From assembly GCA_965214095.1 (NCBI GenBank), contig OZ243938.1, positions 2,784,001-2,848,000 on the forward strand: a stretch of DNA of 64,000 nucleotides, given 5' to 3'. The position numbers were made by a program, and so were the translations under genes. The notes beneath the pieces are model-generated. The model made no database searches. It worked only from the letters and a program-made list of their open reading frames with translations, and was not told where the DNA came from. The stretch comes from Candidatus Poribacteria bacterium (lineage in GTDB: Bacteria > Poribacteria > WGA-4E > WGA-3G). Of this stretch, positions 20,863 through 29,008 are shown in pieces (positions within the stretch are counted from its first letter, which is position 1; each line of letters opens with the position of its first letter).

Positions 20863-21366
20863 ATGACAGAGGAACTCACTTATAAAATCGCAAAGTGTTG
20901 CAATCCCGATGAAGATAACCCAATTATAGGTTATTTCAAGGAAGATAGCACCATCACTGTTCACAACACATCATGTCCAACAATACCAGGTTTGAGAACA
21001 GAAAGGTTGTTAGACGTATCGTGGGATGAAATACAGAAATCTAAAACGCCAGATACTTCACCGGAAATGCCAGAATTAGATGAAACGGATTACTTTATTT
21101 TGAAACATCATCAGGAATTGGGTGTGGATTATTCTATAGTTGTCGCTGAAACATTGAGAATCCCGCTTGAAGAAATGCATAAACGACATCGCAAATTAAA
21201 AGAACTTGGCGGATTGAAACGCGTTGAAGGACGTATCATTCAATACCGCAAAAATATCGTCAAAGGGAAATGGATTAAACACCGAAACCATACATATTAT
21301 GAACTCACCCCCAAAGGAAGTGAGTGGATAAACGTCTTTGAAAGACTTTCGTCTAATTCTGATTGA
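20863..21366 (+). CDS. RelA/SpoT zinc-finger-like domain fused to DUF2250-like winged helix
   Basis: AKCCNP...IIGY...ITVHNTSC; ILKH..ELGVDY...RIPLEE...HTYYELT..G. Start at ATG 20863; the track's extension lies in the repeat. Confidence 0.65.
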   Translation: MTEELTYKIAKCCNPDEDNPIIGYFKEDSTITVHNTSCPTIPGLRTERLLDVSWDEIQKSKTPDTSPEMPELDETDYFILKHHQELGVDYSIVVAETLRIPLEEMHKRHRKLKELGGLKRVEGRIIQYRKNIVKGKWIKHRNHTYYELTPKGSEWINVFERLSSNSD

Positions 21367-21400
21367 AGCCTTCATATAATATTACAAGGAGAATTCCATA

Positions 21401-22591
21401 ATGTTAAACGAAATACAGGAGCGATATGCTGAAAAAGAACTGCGCAGAACGCGGATGCGATCAATTATCTTGCTCTCACTCATTGTTCACTTGAGTGCTG
21501 CTATTGTCTACCTATTCTTGCCATTAGGCAACATTGCAGAACAACAAGCAGATGCACTCGCTTTTGACCTATTTAAAGAACAGGATCCCCTGCTTGAACG
21601 AAAACTCAGACCGAAACCGCCACTTTCAAAAAAACGTCTTGATCCTAATCAGAAACTCGCCAAAGATGCACTCCAGAAAAAGATTGATGCAGCAAAAAAT
21701 GAACGGGACGAAGTTGTCAAATTAAGTGAAAGAGTCGTGATCCATGATGTTGAAGTCAACAATGCCCCCATAAACGAATTAGTACCGGACGTGATGACTG
21801 ACGCAAAACTAAGAGAAGCCGAAGCTTCAAACCTAAGCAAATTGATCTCACAACCCGGACGCACGGATGGTGTGGGTCTTGTCACAGGTCGTGTCCGCGC
21901 ACGCGGTGATGGTTTCGGAAAATTTCGTGGATCCTCGCAAGGCGGCGGGGGAGATGGACTCCTTGAAGGCGGTGGAAGTTCTGGATACAAAGACCCACTC
22001 GGAATCATCAAATTCCTAAATGATCTTGATGGACCACAGAATGTCGTGTATTGTCTTGATGTCTCCGCAAGTATGCAAGCAGCAGGTCTCAACAAGTTGG
22101 AATTAGCACTCAATGCCGTCAAAGATTCGGTACTAATGCTTGGAAGTGATGATAAATTCAATATCGTTCCTTTCTCTACAACTGCTAAAATAATGAGCGA
22201 AAAACTTTTACCGGCAGATGAGAAAAATATCAAACATGCATTGTGGTATCTTGACAGATTCACACCAGCAAGCATTCAAAACAACAGAGGCACAAACATC
22301 CTTGAAGCACTAAAAACTGCCTTGGCACATGAATCCTCTGTCATTGTGCTCGTTACAGATGGACTCCCGACAACAATTCAGGGACAGGAAATCGAAACTA
22401 ATCCTGAAAATATACTTGCTCTTGTCCAAGAACAGAATGTCCAGAATGCAAGAATTTATGTTGTAGCACTTGAGATCGACTTGCGGACATCCCCTGGTGC
22501 ATACTTACTTGAATCAATTGCTATCCAAAATAATGGAGACCTAAAGGTCGTTAATCAAGAAAAGTTGATGGAGTTGAACCAACAAAAATAA
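21401..22591 (+). CDS. Membrane-anchored VWA-domain protein
   Basis: TM 'SLIVH', Gly-rich linker, MIDAS DVSASM, GTN, VTDG; AAGGAG RBS. Confidence 0.85.
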   Translation: MLNEIQERYAEKELRRTRMRSIILLSLIVHLSAAIVYLFLPLGNIAEQQADALAFDLFKEQDPLLERKLRPKPPLSKKRLDPNQKLAKDALQKKIDAAKNERDEVVKLSERVVIHDVEVNNAPINELVPDVMTDAKLREAEASNLSKLISQPGRTDGVGLVTGRVRARGDGFGKFRGSSQGGGGDGLLEGGGSSGYKDPLGIIKFLNDLDGPQNVVYCLDVSASMQAAGLNKLELALNAVKDSVLMLGSDDKFNIVPFSTTAKIMSEKLLPADEKNIKHALWYLDRFTPASIQNNRGTNILEALKTALAHESSVIVLVTDGLPTTIQGQEIETNPENILALVQEQNVQNARIYVVALEIDLRTSPGAYLLESIAIQNNGDLKVVNQEKLMELNQQK

Positions 22592-22612
22592 TCTTTTGAA
22601 ATCAAATTAATT

Positions 22613-23419
22613 ATGAACCAAAAATCCGCTGCAGATATTATCCAGCACTTCAGATTAGATGGCAAAGTAAGCCTCGTAAGTGGTGCAAGTCGTGGCATAG
22701 GTAGAGCAATGGCAGAAGGACTTGCAGGGGCAGGCTCAAAACTTGTCATCGCTGGCAGAGAGATTGACACGCTTACACCTGTCGCAGAAAAGATTGCTGA
22801 CGAAACAGGCAACACTGTCCTACCAATTCAAGCAGATGTCGGCGATCTTCAGGAGATTGAGGCACTCGTTGACCAGACTGTCAAAACCTTCGGTAGACTT
22901 GACATCCTGGTCAACAATGCGGGTGTGAATGTCCGAAATCCCGCGTTAGAATTCTCCGAAGAAGATTGGGATTTCGTTACAGGTGTCAACTTAAAGGGAG
23001 CATTCTTTCTCGCAAAAGCATGTGGCAAGGTCATGGAAAAGCAAGGCAGTGGCAAAGTTATCAATACGTTGTCGTTGACATCCGCTATTGGACTACCAAC
23101 AAGTGTTGCTTACACAGCAGCGAAAGGCGGTCTATTGCAGCTCACCAAACTTCTCGCTGTTGAATGGGCAGAACATAACATACAAGTCAACGGCATCGCA
23201 CCGGGTTTTATCCGCACTGAGATGACCGCGCCAGCAAGGGAAGATAGTCGAAACGAATGGGTCCTCAATCGCACCCCCGCATATCGATGGGGTGAACCGG
23301 AAGACCTTGCAGGATTGACAATTTTCTTCGCTTCTAACGCATCCGACTTTGTTACAGGACAAATGGTCTTTGTTGATGGTGGATTTATGGCTGGCAGTGA
23401 TTGGAGAAAACGAAAATAA
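22613..23419 (+). CDS. SDR oxidoreductase (gluconate 5-dehydrogenase/KduD-like)
   Basis: SGASRGIG, NNAG, YTAAK, NGIAPG. Confidence 0.9.
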   Translation: MNQKSAADIIQHFRLDGKVSLVSGASRGIGRAMAEGLAGAGSKLVIAGREIDTLTPVAEKIADETGNTVLPIQADVGDLQEIEALVDQTVKTFGRLDILVNNAGVNVRNPALEFSEEDWDFVTGVNLKGAFFLAKACGKVMEKQGSGKVINTLSLTSAIGLPTSVAYTAAKGGLLQLTKLLAVEWAEHNIQVNGIAPGFIRTEMTAPAREDSRNEWVLNRTPAYRWGEPEDLAGLTIFFASNASDFVTGQMVFVDGGFMAGSDWRKRK

Positions 23420-23420
23420 C

Positions 23421-23654
23421 ATGGAGAATCAGCCAACACCTTCTGCTTTGCAACAAGCGGAACAAATCGTATCAGAATTTGGCATTGATGGTGCAATCCT
23501 GTATGATCATAAACCTGTTTTAAGGATACAAGTCCCCGACTCTGTTTTTACGGATGTACTCAATCTCCGAACCGAACTCGTTGAGAAACTAAAGCCTACC
23601 GGTTTTCGTTTCATTGCCCTCGACCTTGACGGCAATCATACCATCTCTAATTAA
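23421..23654 (+). CDS. Small protein resembling the C-terminal domain of LarE
   Basis: ATG 23421 directly follows the SDR stop; 'LRIQVP...LRTELVEKLKPTGFRFIALDLDG'. Confidence 0.55.
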   Translation: MENQPTPSALQQAEQIVSEFGIDGAILYDHKPVLRIQVPDSVFTDVLNLRTELVEKLKPTGFRFIALDLDGNHTISN

Positions 23655-23705
23655 AACATACCATTAAAGAAATAGTTGGTTCGAATGTCTTATGCACATT
23701 TGCCA

Positions 23706-24004
23706 AACACAATAATGCGCCTCGGACATTCATAGTAGTAGGCATACTCCGTATGCCGTTATTATACCATTTCTAATAGATAAGGTATCATTGGGAATTT
23801 GTAGATTTATCCTCAATTTGCTGAATATAAGAGGCGCAATGAATTGCGCGACTACGAGCGTCTGTTTTGATAATGAGTAGTTTTTATTTAGAAGTGGTAT
23901 TACAACGTTGTCGTCGCGCAACACAATACTGCGCCTCGGACATTCTCAATCTAAATTAGAATTTATACTCTCATAATGAGATATTCTCTATTAGAATTGG
24001 TATA
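23706..24004. repeat. Repeat cluster: 26-bp direct repeats, two REPs and TATACCA(T/A)TTCTAA-type MITE ends
   Basis: AACACAATA(A/C)TGCGCCTCGGACATTC at 23706 and 23920; REPs at 23734-23760 and ~23832-23855; TATACCATTTCTAA (23763) inverted against TTAGAAGTGGTAT (~23889) and TTAGAATTGGTATA (23991-24004). Confidence 0.7.
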
Positions 24005-24013
24005 ACATTCACG

Positions 24014-24048
24014 AAAAAGAAGGTAGCGATCCGGAGACCGCTACCTTC
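24014..24048 (-). terminator. Intrinsic terminator of the candidate sRNA
   Basis: GAAGGTAGCGGTC-TCCG-GATCGCTACCTTC-TTTTT: 13-bp stem including one G-U, C(UCCG)G tetraloop, U-tract. Confidence 0.85.
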
Positions 24049-24227
24049 ATAAATCGCGATTTGGATAACGCGCCTGCCCAAATCGCGATTTGGTGAGCAC
24101 GCCCTTAGGGGAGAGGGACGGGCGTACTCACGACTGTTAGGCACATGATATGCCTAAGTCCTTACATCTTTTTCTATTGAATACTTTCAAAAAACAGCGA
24201 AATCAAACTGAAGACACGTTAATTTCC
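24014..24227 (-). ncRNA. Candidate sigma-54-dependent small RNA (~214 nt)
   Basis: Bounded by a -24/-12 promoter and a terminator; four consecutive hairpins; G-U wobbles form only on the minus strand; no meaningful ORF. Confidence 0.7.
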
Positions 24228-24237
24228 GATACTATTG

Positions 24238-24253
24238 AGCAAGTTTCATGCCA
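24238..24253 (-). promoter_or_regulatory. sigma-54 (RpoN) -24/-12 promoter
   Basis: TGGCATGAAACTTGCT against consensus TGGCAC-N5-TTGCW; exact GG/GC spacing; predicted +1 at G 24227. Confidence 0.8.
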
Positions 24254-24441
24254 TATATCCAATTTTTTACCGATTATGGCAGCAAAAACATAAAGACAAG
24301 AAAATGTCGCAAATCTTATATACGTTGTAAACAGTGATTTACACTGGATTTATAGGCATCACCTTTTTTATGAAAGTTTTTAAAAAAGAATTTTGATTTT
24401 TTAAAATTACATATTGTAGACTAACTCTAAATTAGTCGTGT

Positions 24442-24499
24442 ACGCAAAAAATGCATGGCGATTCATGCAAATATTGCGTTGCTCATGCAAAAAATGCGT
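24442..24499. promoter_or_regulatory. Three palindromic candidate enhancer (UAS) sites
   Basis: ACGCA-AAAAA-TGCAT, ATGCA-AATAT-TGCGT, ATGCA-AAAAA-TGCGT, spaced 23 and 20 bp. Confidence 0.65.
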
Positions 24500-24757
24500 C
24501 CTCAAAATGTGTCGGAATTCGCCTGTTTCAATCTGAAAAAACATTGTTTGAATCACAAAATTTTCACATCAAGTCAACTAAATGTTTCTAATTACGTTTA
24601 TGGAATTGATAAGACAATGTGCTGCATTTTATTGCCTACAATGCAAGAATGATTTGAGTATGGTAATGACGCATCATACATCCATCAGCATTGGGAAAAT
24701 GAAATTGCATTAACTTAAATAGACTTCGTCCAGAATAATATACTTAAGGAGCACATT

Positions 24758-25849
24758 ATGAACAAACAACCCGCATTCATCGAATTACCCTCTGCACCCA
24801 TGCAGACGATCTATCAGAAAATCAAGCAGGTTGTGAATTCTAATATCCCTTTTTTAATTACTGGAGAAACAGGAGTTGGTAAGGAAGGAATAGCAAAGTA
24901 TATACACGAAAATAGTTCACGACGAGACAAACCGTTTGTCGCGATAAACTGTGGAAGGTTCTCTGCTGAGCTTCTCCAAAGTGAACTTTTTGGGCATGAG
25001 GAAGGAGCATTTACCAGTGCAATCCGAAAACGGCAAGGTGCATTTGAACAAGCGAATGGTGGGATACTCTTTTTAGATGAAATCCCCGAAATGTCTTTTG
25101 ATGCACAAAAGATGCTACTCCGGGTTTTAGACACAACGACATTTACAAGACTCGGTGGAAATCATACCCTATCAGTAGATGTGCATATACTCACTGCGAC
25201 CAACAAGAATATTGAAAAAGTTGTTGAGGAACAACAATTCCGGAAGGACCTTTACTATCGCCTCAAAGGGTTGACCCTCTATCTACCGCCTTTACGGCAA
25301 CGAACAGAGGATATCGCACCATTGGTAGATGCTTTCATTCGTGAATTCAGTGCTGAATATGGTAAGGAGGTAATCGGAATTAGTCCAGAAGCACTGAATC
25401 ACCTTGAGCAAGCGGCGTGGCCCGGTAATATCCGGCAGTTGAGAAGCACTATACAAACCGCTATGGCTCTCACAACATCAGATACTCTTGAACCAAAAGA
25501 TTTCCCAAACATCTATCCTGAGTTCCTTCAAACGCTCATCTCAGTATGGGGGGCACTCCCAGCACAAACACAACAAGCAATATGGGAAGCACTCCATCCG
25601 GAAACACAACATATTATAATGCATGAATTCTCAACACAGATGCCACAACCGTGGTACAGTATGAGAAATTCAACTGATGCAGATGATGAAGTGTTAAATA
25701 TCGCTGACATGGAGCAAAATGAAATACTACGGGATGTCGCTCAAATGCGGATAGAAAAATATTCATCACTCCGAGAGGCAGCTGATTCGTTGGGTATTGA
25801 TATCAGAACCCTTCAACGGCACGCACAATGGAATAATGGAGACGATTAA
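24758..25849 (+). CDS. Sigma-54-dependent enhancer-binding protein lacking an N-terminal sensor domain
   Basis: GETGVGKE, SELFGHEEGAFTSA, LFLDEI, FRKDLYYRL, WPGNIRQL, C-terminal HTH SLREAADSLGIDIRTLQRH; AAGGAG RBS. Confidence 0.9.
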   Translation: MNKQPAFIELPSAPMQTIYQKIKQVVNSNIPFLITGETGVGKEGIAKYIHENSSRRDKPFVAINCGRFSAELLQSELFGHEEGAFTSAIRKRQGAFEQANGGILFLDEIPEMSFDAQKMLLRVLDTTTFTRLGGNHTLSVDVHILTATNKNIEKVVEEQQFRKDLYYRLKGLTLYLPPLRQRTEDIAPLVDAFIREFSAEYGKEVIGISPEALNHLEQAAWPGNIRQLRSTIQTAMALTTSDTLEPKDFPNIYPEFLQTLISVWGALPAQTQQAIWEALHPETQHIIMHEFSTQMPQPWYSMRNSTDADDEVLNIADMEQNEILRDVAQMRIEKYSSLREAADSLGIDIRTLQRHAQWNNGDD

Positions 25850-25890
25850 TATATTTGTAGCATAAGAGCAAACTTACTTGATATTACACA

Positions 25891-25922
25891 ATATAGGCGA
25901 GGTATTCACACCTCGCCTATAT
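25891..25922. terminator. Hairpin/REP downstream of the activator gene
   Basis: ATATAGGCGAGGT-ATTCAC-ACCTCGCCTATAT. Confidence 0.55.
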
Positions 25923-25968
25923 TGTTAAAGTAACGCGATTCGTCTCCAATGGCTCGGTTTCTGTTCAT

Positions 25969-26071
25969 TATAGTAGATTTTGAAATTACTTGAACACTCT
26001 GCATCGGCGAGGTTAGGAAACCTCGCCTACCGTGGGTCGAAAGTGTCAACTTATATTTATAATTCACTATA
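25969..26071. mobile_element. TATAGT-ended MITE carrying one REP
   Basis: TATAGTAGA...TTCACTATA ends; internal GGCGAGGTTAGGAAACCTCGCCTAC. Confidence 0.7.
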
Positions 26072-26142
26072 ACACTTTTTTCTTGTGGATTCATTGGAAA
26101 TGTGCTACACTTACCAAAGATTCAAAACAGGAGGTGATGCAA

Positions 26143-27453
26143 ATGCTTCAACCAAAACCCCCACGCGCATTTCATGTGATGACAAAGCCAATCGGTCCAA
26201 TCTGCAATTTAGATTGCGAATACTGCTTCTACTTGGAAAAAGAAGAACTCTATCCAGAAACTCGTTCATTTAGAATGGGGGACGAGACTTTGGAAAATTA
26301 CGTCAAACAATATATAGAAGCACAACAGGTTAACGAAGTTACTTTTGCATGGCAAGGTGGCGAACCCACTTTGATGGGTATAGATTTTTTCAAGCAAGCA
26401 GTCCGATATCAGCAGAGATATAGACGCACGGGCATGACTATCCAGAACACATTCCAGACCAATGCAACACTACTTGACGATGAATGGGGTCAATTCTTCA
26501 AACGGAACAAGTTCCTAATCGGAATCAGTATTGACGGACCACCTGAAATTCACGACAAATACCGCTATGACAAACGCGGTCGTCCATCATCTGATCAGGT
26601 AATAAGCGGGTTGCGGATTTTACAAAACCATAGAGTTGATTATAATATACTTTGTGTTGTCAATAATCATAATGCTGAGTACCCGAAGGAAGTGTACGCC
26701 TATTTCAAAGAACTCGGTGCGGAGTTCATGCAGTTTATCCCTGCTGTTGAACATTTTGATGGTGAAAATGTGTCCCCGCGATCTGTCACAGCAAAGCAGT
26801 ATGGCAAATTCCTAACCGCGATTTTTGATGAGTGGGTCGTCAGTGACATCGGAAAAATCTTTGTGCAGATATTTGATGTAGCGTTAGAAGCGTGGATGGG
26901 GTATAATCCGAGCCTTTGTGTGTTCAATGAAACTTGTGGGGATGCAATGGCGATTGAACATAATGGCGATCTCTACTCATGTGACCATTACGTTGATCCT
27001 GAATACCTCATCGGAAACATAGAAGAAACATCATTAGCAGATCTTGTGGATTCACCGTTCCAACGCAAGTTTGGCACTGATAAGAAGGATACACTACCGG
27101 AATACTGTCGTAATTGCGAAGTGAAGTTCGTATGCAATGGTGGTTGTCCGAAAAACCGAATCATCAAAACACCCGATGGAGAAGATGGGTTGAACTACCT
27201 CTGTGATGGTTATAAGCACTTTTTCAATCATATTGATGAACCGATGAAACTCATGGCTTCCGCACTAAAGATGGGAAAACCTGCCAATAGTATCATACCA
27301 ATGATACGTGAGAAACAGAATCCAAAGTCTAAACGCAGTATCACGAGGACACAACCTGCTGGCACATCCTCACAGAAAATTGGACGAAATTCACCGTGTC
27401 CATGTGGAAGTGGACGTAAATATAAACAGTGCTGTTTAGGAAAGGACACATAA
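26143..27453 (+). CDS. Anaerobic sulfatase-maturating radical SAM enzyme with C-terminal SEC-C motif
   Basis: CNLDCEYC, WQGGEP, SPASM cysteines, GRNSPCPCGSGRKYKQCC; GGAGGTG RBS before ATG 26143. Confidence 0.92.
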   Translation: MLQPKPPRAFHVMTKPIGPICNLDCEYCFYLEKEELYPETRSFRMGDETLENYVKQYIEAQQVNEVTFAWQGGEPTLMGIDFFKQAVRYQQRYRRTGMTIQNTFQTNATLLDDEWGQFFKRNKFLIGISIDGPPEIHDKYRYDKRGRPSSDQVISGLRILQNHRVDYNILCVVNNHNAEYPKEVYAYFKELGAEFMQFIPAVEHFDGENVSPRSVTAKQYGKFLTAIFDEWVVSDIGKIFVQIFDVALEAWMGYNPSLCVFNETCGDAMAIEHNGDLYSCDHYVDPEYLIGNIEETSLADLVDSPFQRKFGTDKKDTLPEYCRNCEVKFVCNGGCPKNRIIKTPDGEDGLNYLCDGYKHFFNHIDEPMKLMASALKMGKPANSIIPMIREKQNPKSKRSITRTQPAGTSSQKIGRNSPCPCGSGRKYKQCCLGKDT

Positions 27454-27490
27454 ACCGACACGTATGATGTATGAAATTTAAAGGAAATGT

Positions 27491-29002
27491 ATGGATAAGA
27501 CCAGACCGAATATTTTACTTATCACAAGCGACCAACAACATTGGAACACATTGGGTTGCCTTAACCCTGAGATACAGACACCGCACTTAGATGCATTAGC
27601 ACAAGATGGCACGCTTTTCCAAAGAGCCTATTGTCCAAACCCAACATGCACCCCAACCCGCGCCTCAATCATCACAGGAAAATACCCGAGTCAACACGGT
27701 GCGTGGTCACTCGGCACGAAACTATTGGAAAGTGAACATACTGTCGGTGAAGATTTTACAGATGCTGGTTACCGCACTAGCTTAGTCGGAAAGGCACATT
27801 TCCAACCGTTGCATGGATCAGATGAATTCCCTTCGCTGGAATCCTATCCTATCCTACAAGACTTAGATTTTTGGCGTAATTTCAATGAAACCTTCTACGG
27901 ATTTGAACATGTGGAATTGGCACGTAACCATGCTGATGAAGCACACGTCGGACAGCATTACGCTATATGGATGGAAGAAAACGGATGCACCAATTGGCGT
28001 GATTACTTCGCACCACCGACAGGCAATGCTCGTGGACAATACCACAAATGGCCAATTCCTGAAGAATATCACTACGATACATGGATCGCTGAACGCACGA
28101 ATGCACTGATGGAAGAATATCAACAGAACGATGAGAACTTTTTCCTATGGGCAAGTTTCTTTGATCCACATCCGAAATATCTCGTGCCAGAACCTTGGGA
28201 TACGATGTATGACCCAGCATCGTTGACGGTGCCTTCCGTTACAGAAGGAGAGCATGACAAAAATCCACCTCACTTTCAAATGACACAACAACAGAAACCG
28301 GATTTCTCCGCGTGGCGTGAGACAGGGAAAGGGGTTCACGGATTCAGATCACATCTAAGGGATCGGGATGCACTCGCAGCAGATATTGCTGTCTATTACG
28401 GTATGGTTAGCCTGATGGATAAGTATATCGGCAAAATCATGGGTAAACTTGACGAACTTGGTCTTGCAGATAATACTTTGGTTGTATTTACCTCTGATCA
28501 TGGACATTTTTACGGACAGCACGGTCTGATTGCTAAGGGCGCGTTCCATTATGAAGATGTTATCAAAGTGCCGTTTATCGTGCGATATCCGGGAGTTGTG
28601 CCAGCAGGAGAACAATCTGATGCGTTGCAAACTTTAGTAGACTTAGCACCTTCGTTCCTGAGTGCTGCGGGGATTGACATACCGCTTCCGATGACAGGTG
28701 TGGATCAGACTGCTGTTTGGTATGGTCAAGAGGAACAAGCGCGTGACCATATCATCGTTGAAAATCATCACGAACCTACGACGGTTCACGTTAAGACTTA
28801 TGTCAATGACCGATATAAGCTTACCGTCTATTACAACCGCGAATATGGTGAGTTGTTTGACATGCAAGAGGATCCGGGAGAGATTAACAATCTCTGGAAC
28901 TCAACTGAACACGCCGATTTGAAGGCAGATTTGGTGATGAAACTGCTGTTTGCGGAAATGGGTAAAGAAGTGCTGCCAATGCCACGTACATCTGGGGCAT
29001 AA
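27491..29002 (+). CDS. Cys-type sulfatase
   Basis: PNILLITSDQ, CTPTRASIITG, GKAH, FTSDHG, ELFD..EDP.E. Confidence 0.93.
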   Translation: MDKTRPNILLITSDQQHWNTLGCLNPEIQTPHLDALAQDGTLFQRAYCPNPTCTPTRASIITGKYPSQHGAWSLGTKLLESEHTVGEDFTDAGYRTSLVGKAHFQPLHGSDEFPSLESYPILQDLDFWRNFNETFYGFEHVELARNHADEAHVGQHYAIWMEENGCTNWRDYFAPPTGNARGQYHKWPIPEEYHYDTWIAERTNALMEEYQQNDENFFLWASFFDPHPKYLVPEPWDTMYDPASLTVPSVTEGEHDKNPPHFQMTQQQKPDFSAWRETGKGVHGFRSHLRDRDALAADIAVYYGMVSLMDKYIGKIMGKLDELGLADNTLVVFTSDHGHFYGQHGLIAKGAFHYEDVIKVPFIVRYPGVVPAGEQSDALQTLVDLAPSFLSAAGIDIPLPMTGVDQTAVWYGQEEQARDHIIVENHHEPTTVHVKTYVNDRYKLTVYYNREYGELFDMQEDPGEINNLWNSTEHADLKADLVMKLLFAEMGKEVLPMPRTSGA

Positions 29003-29008
29003 TAGCAT

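Noticed and set aside
24105-24146. 13-codon ORF (MCLTVVSTPVPLP) inside the candidate sRNA
   Set aside because: The start codon is buried in a hairpin and the SD spacing is poor; a dual-function RNA cannot be excluded but nothing supports it
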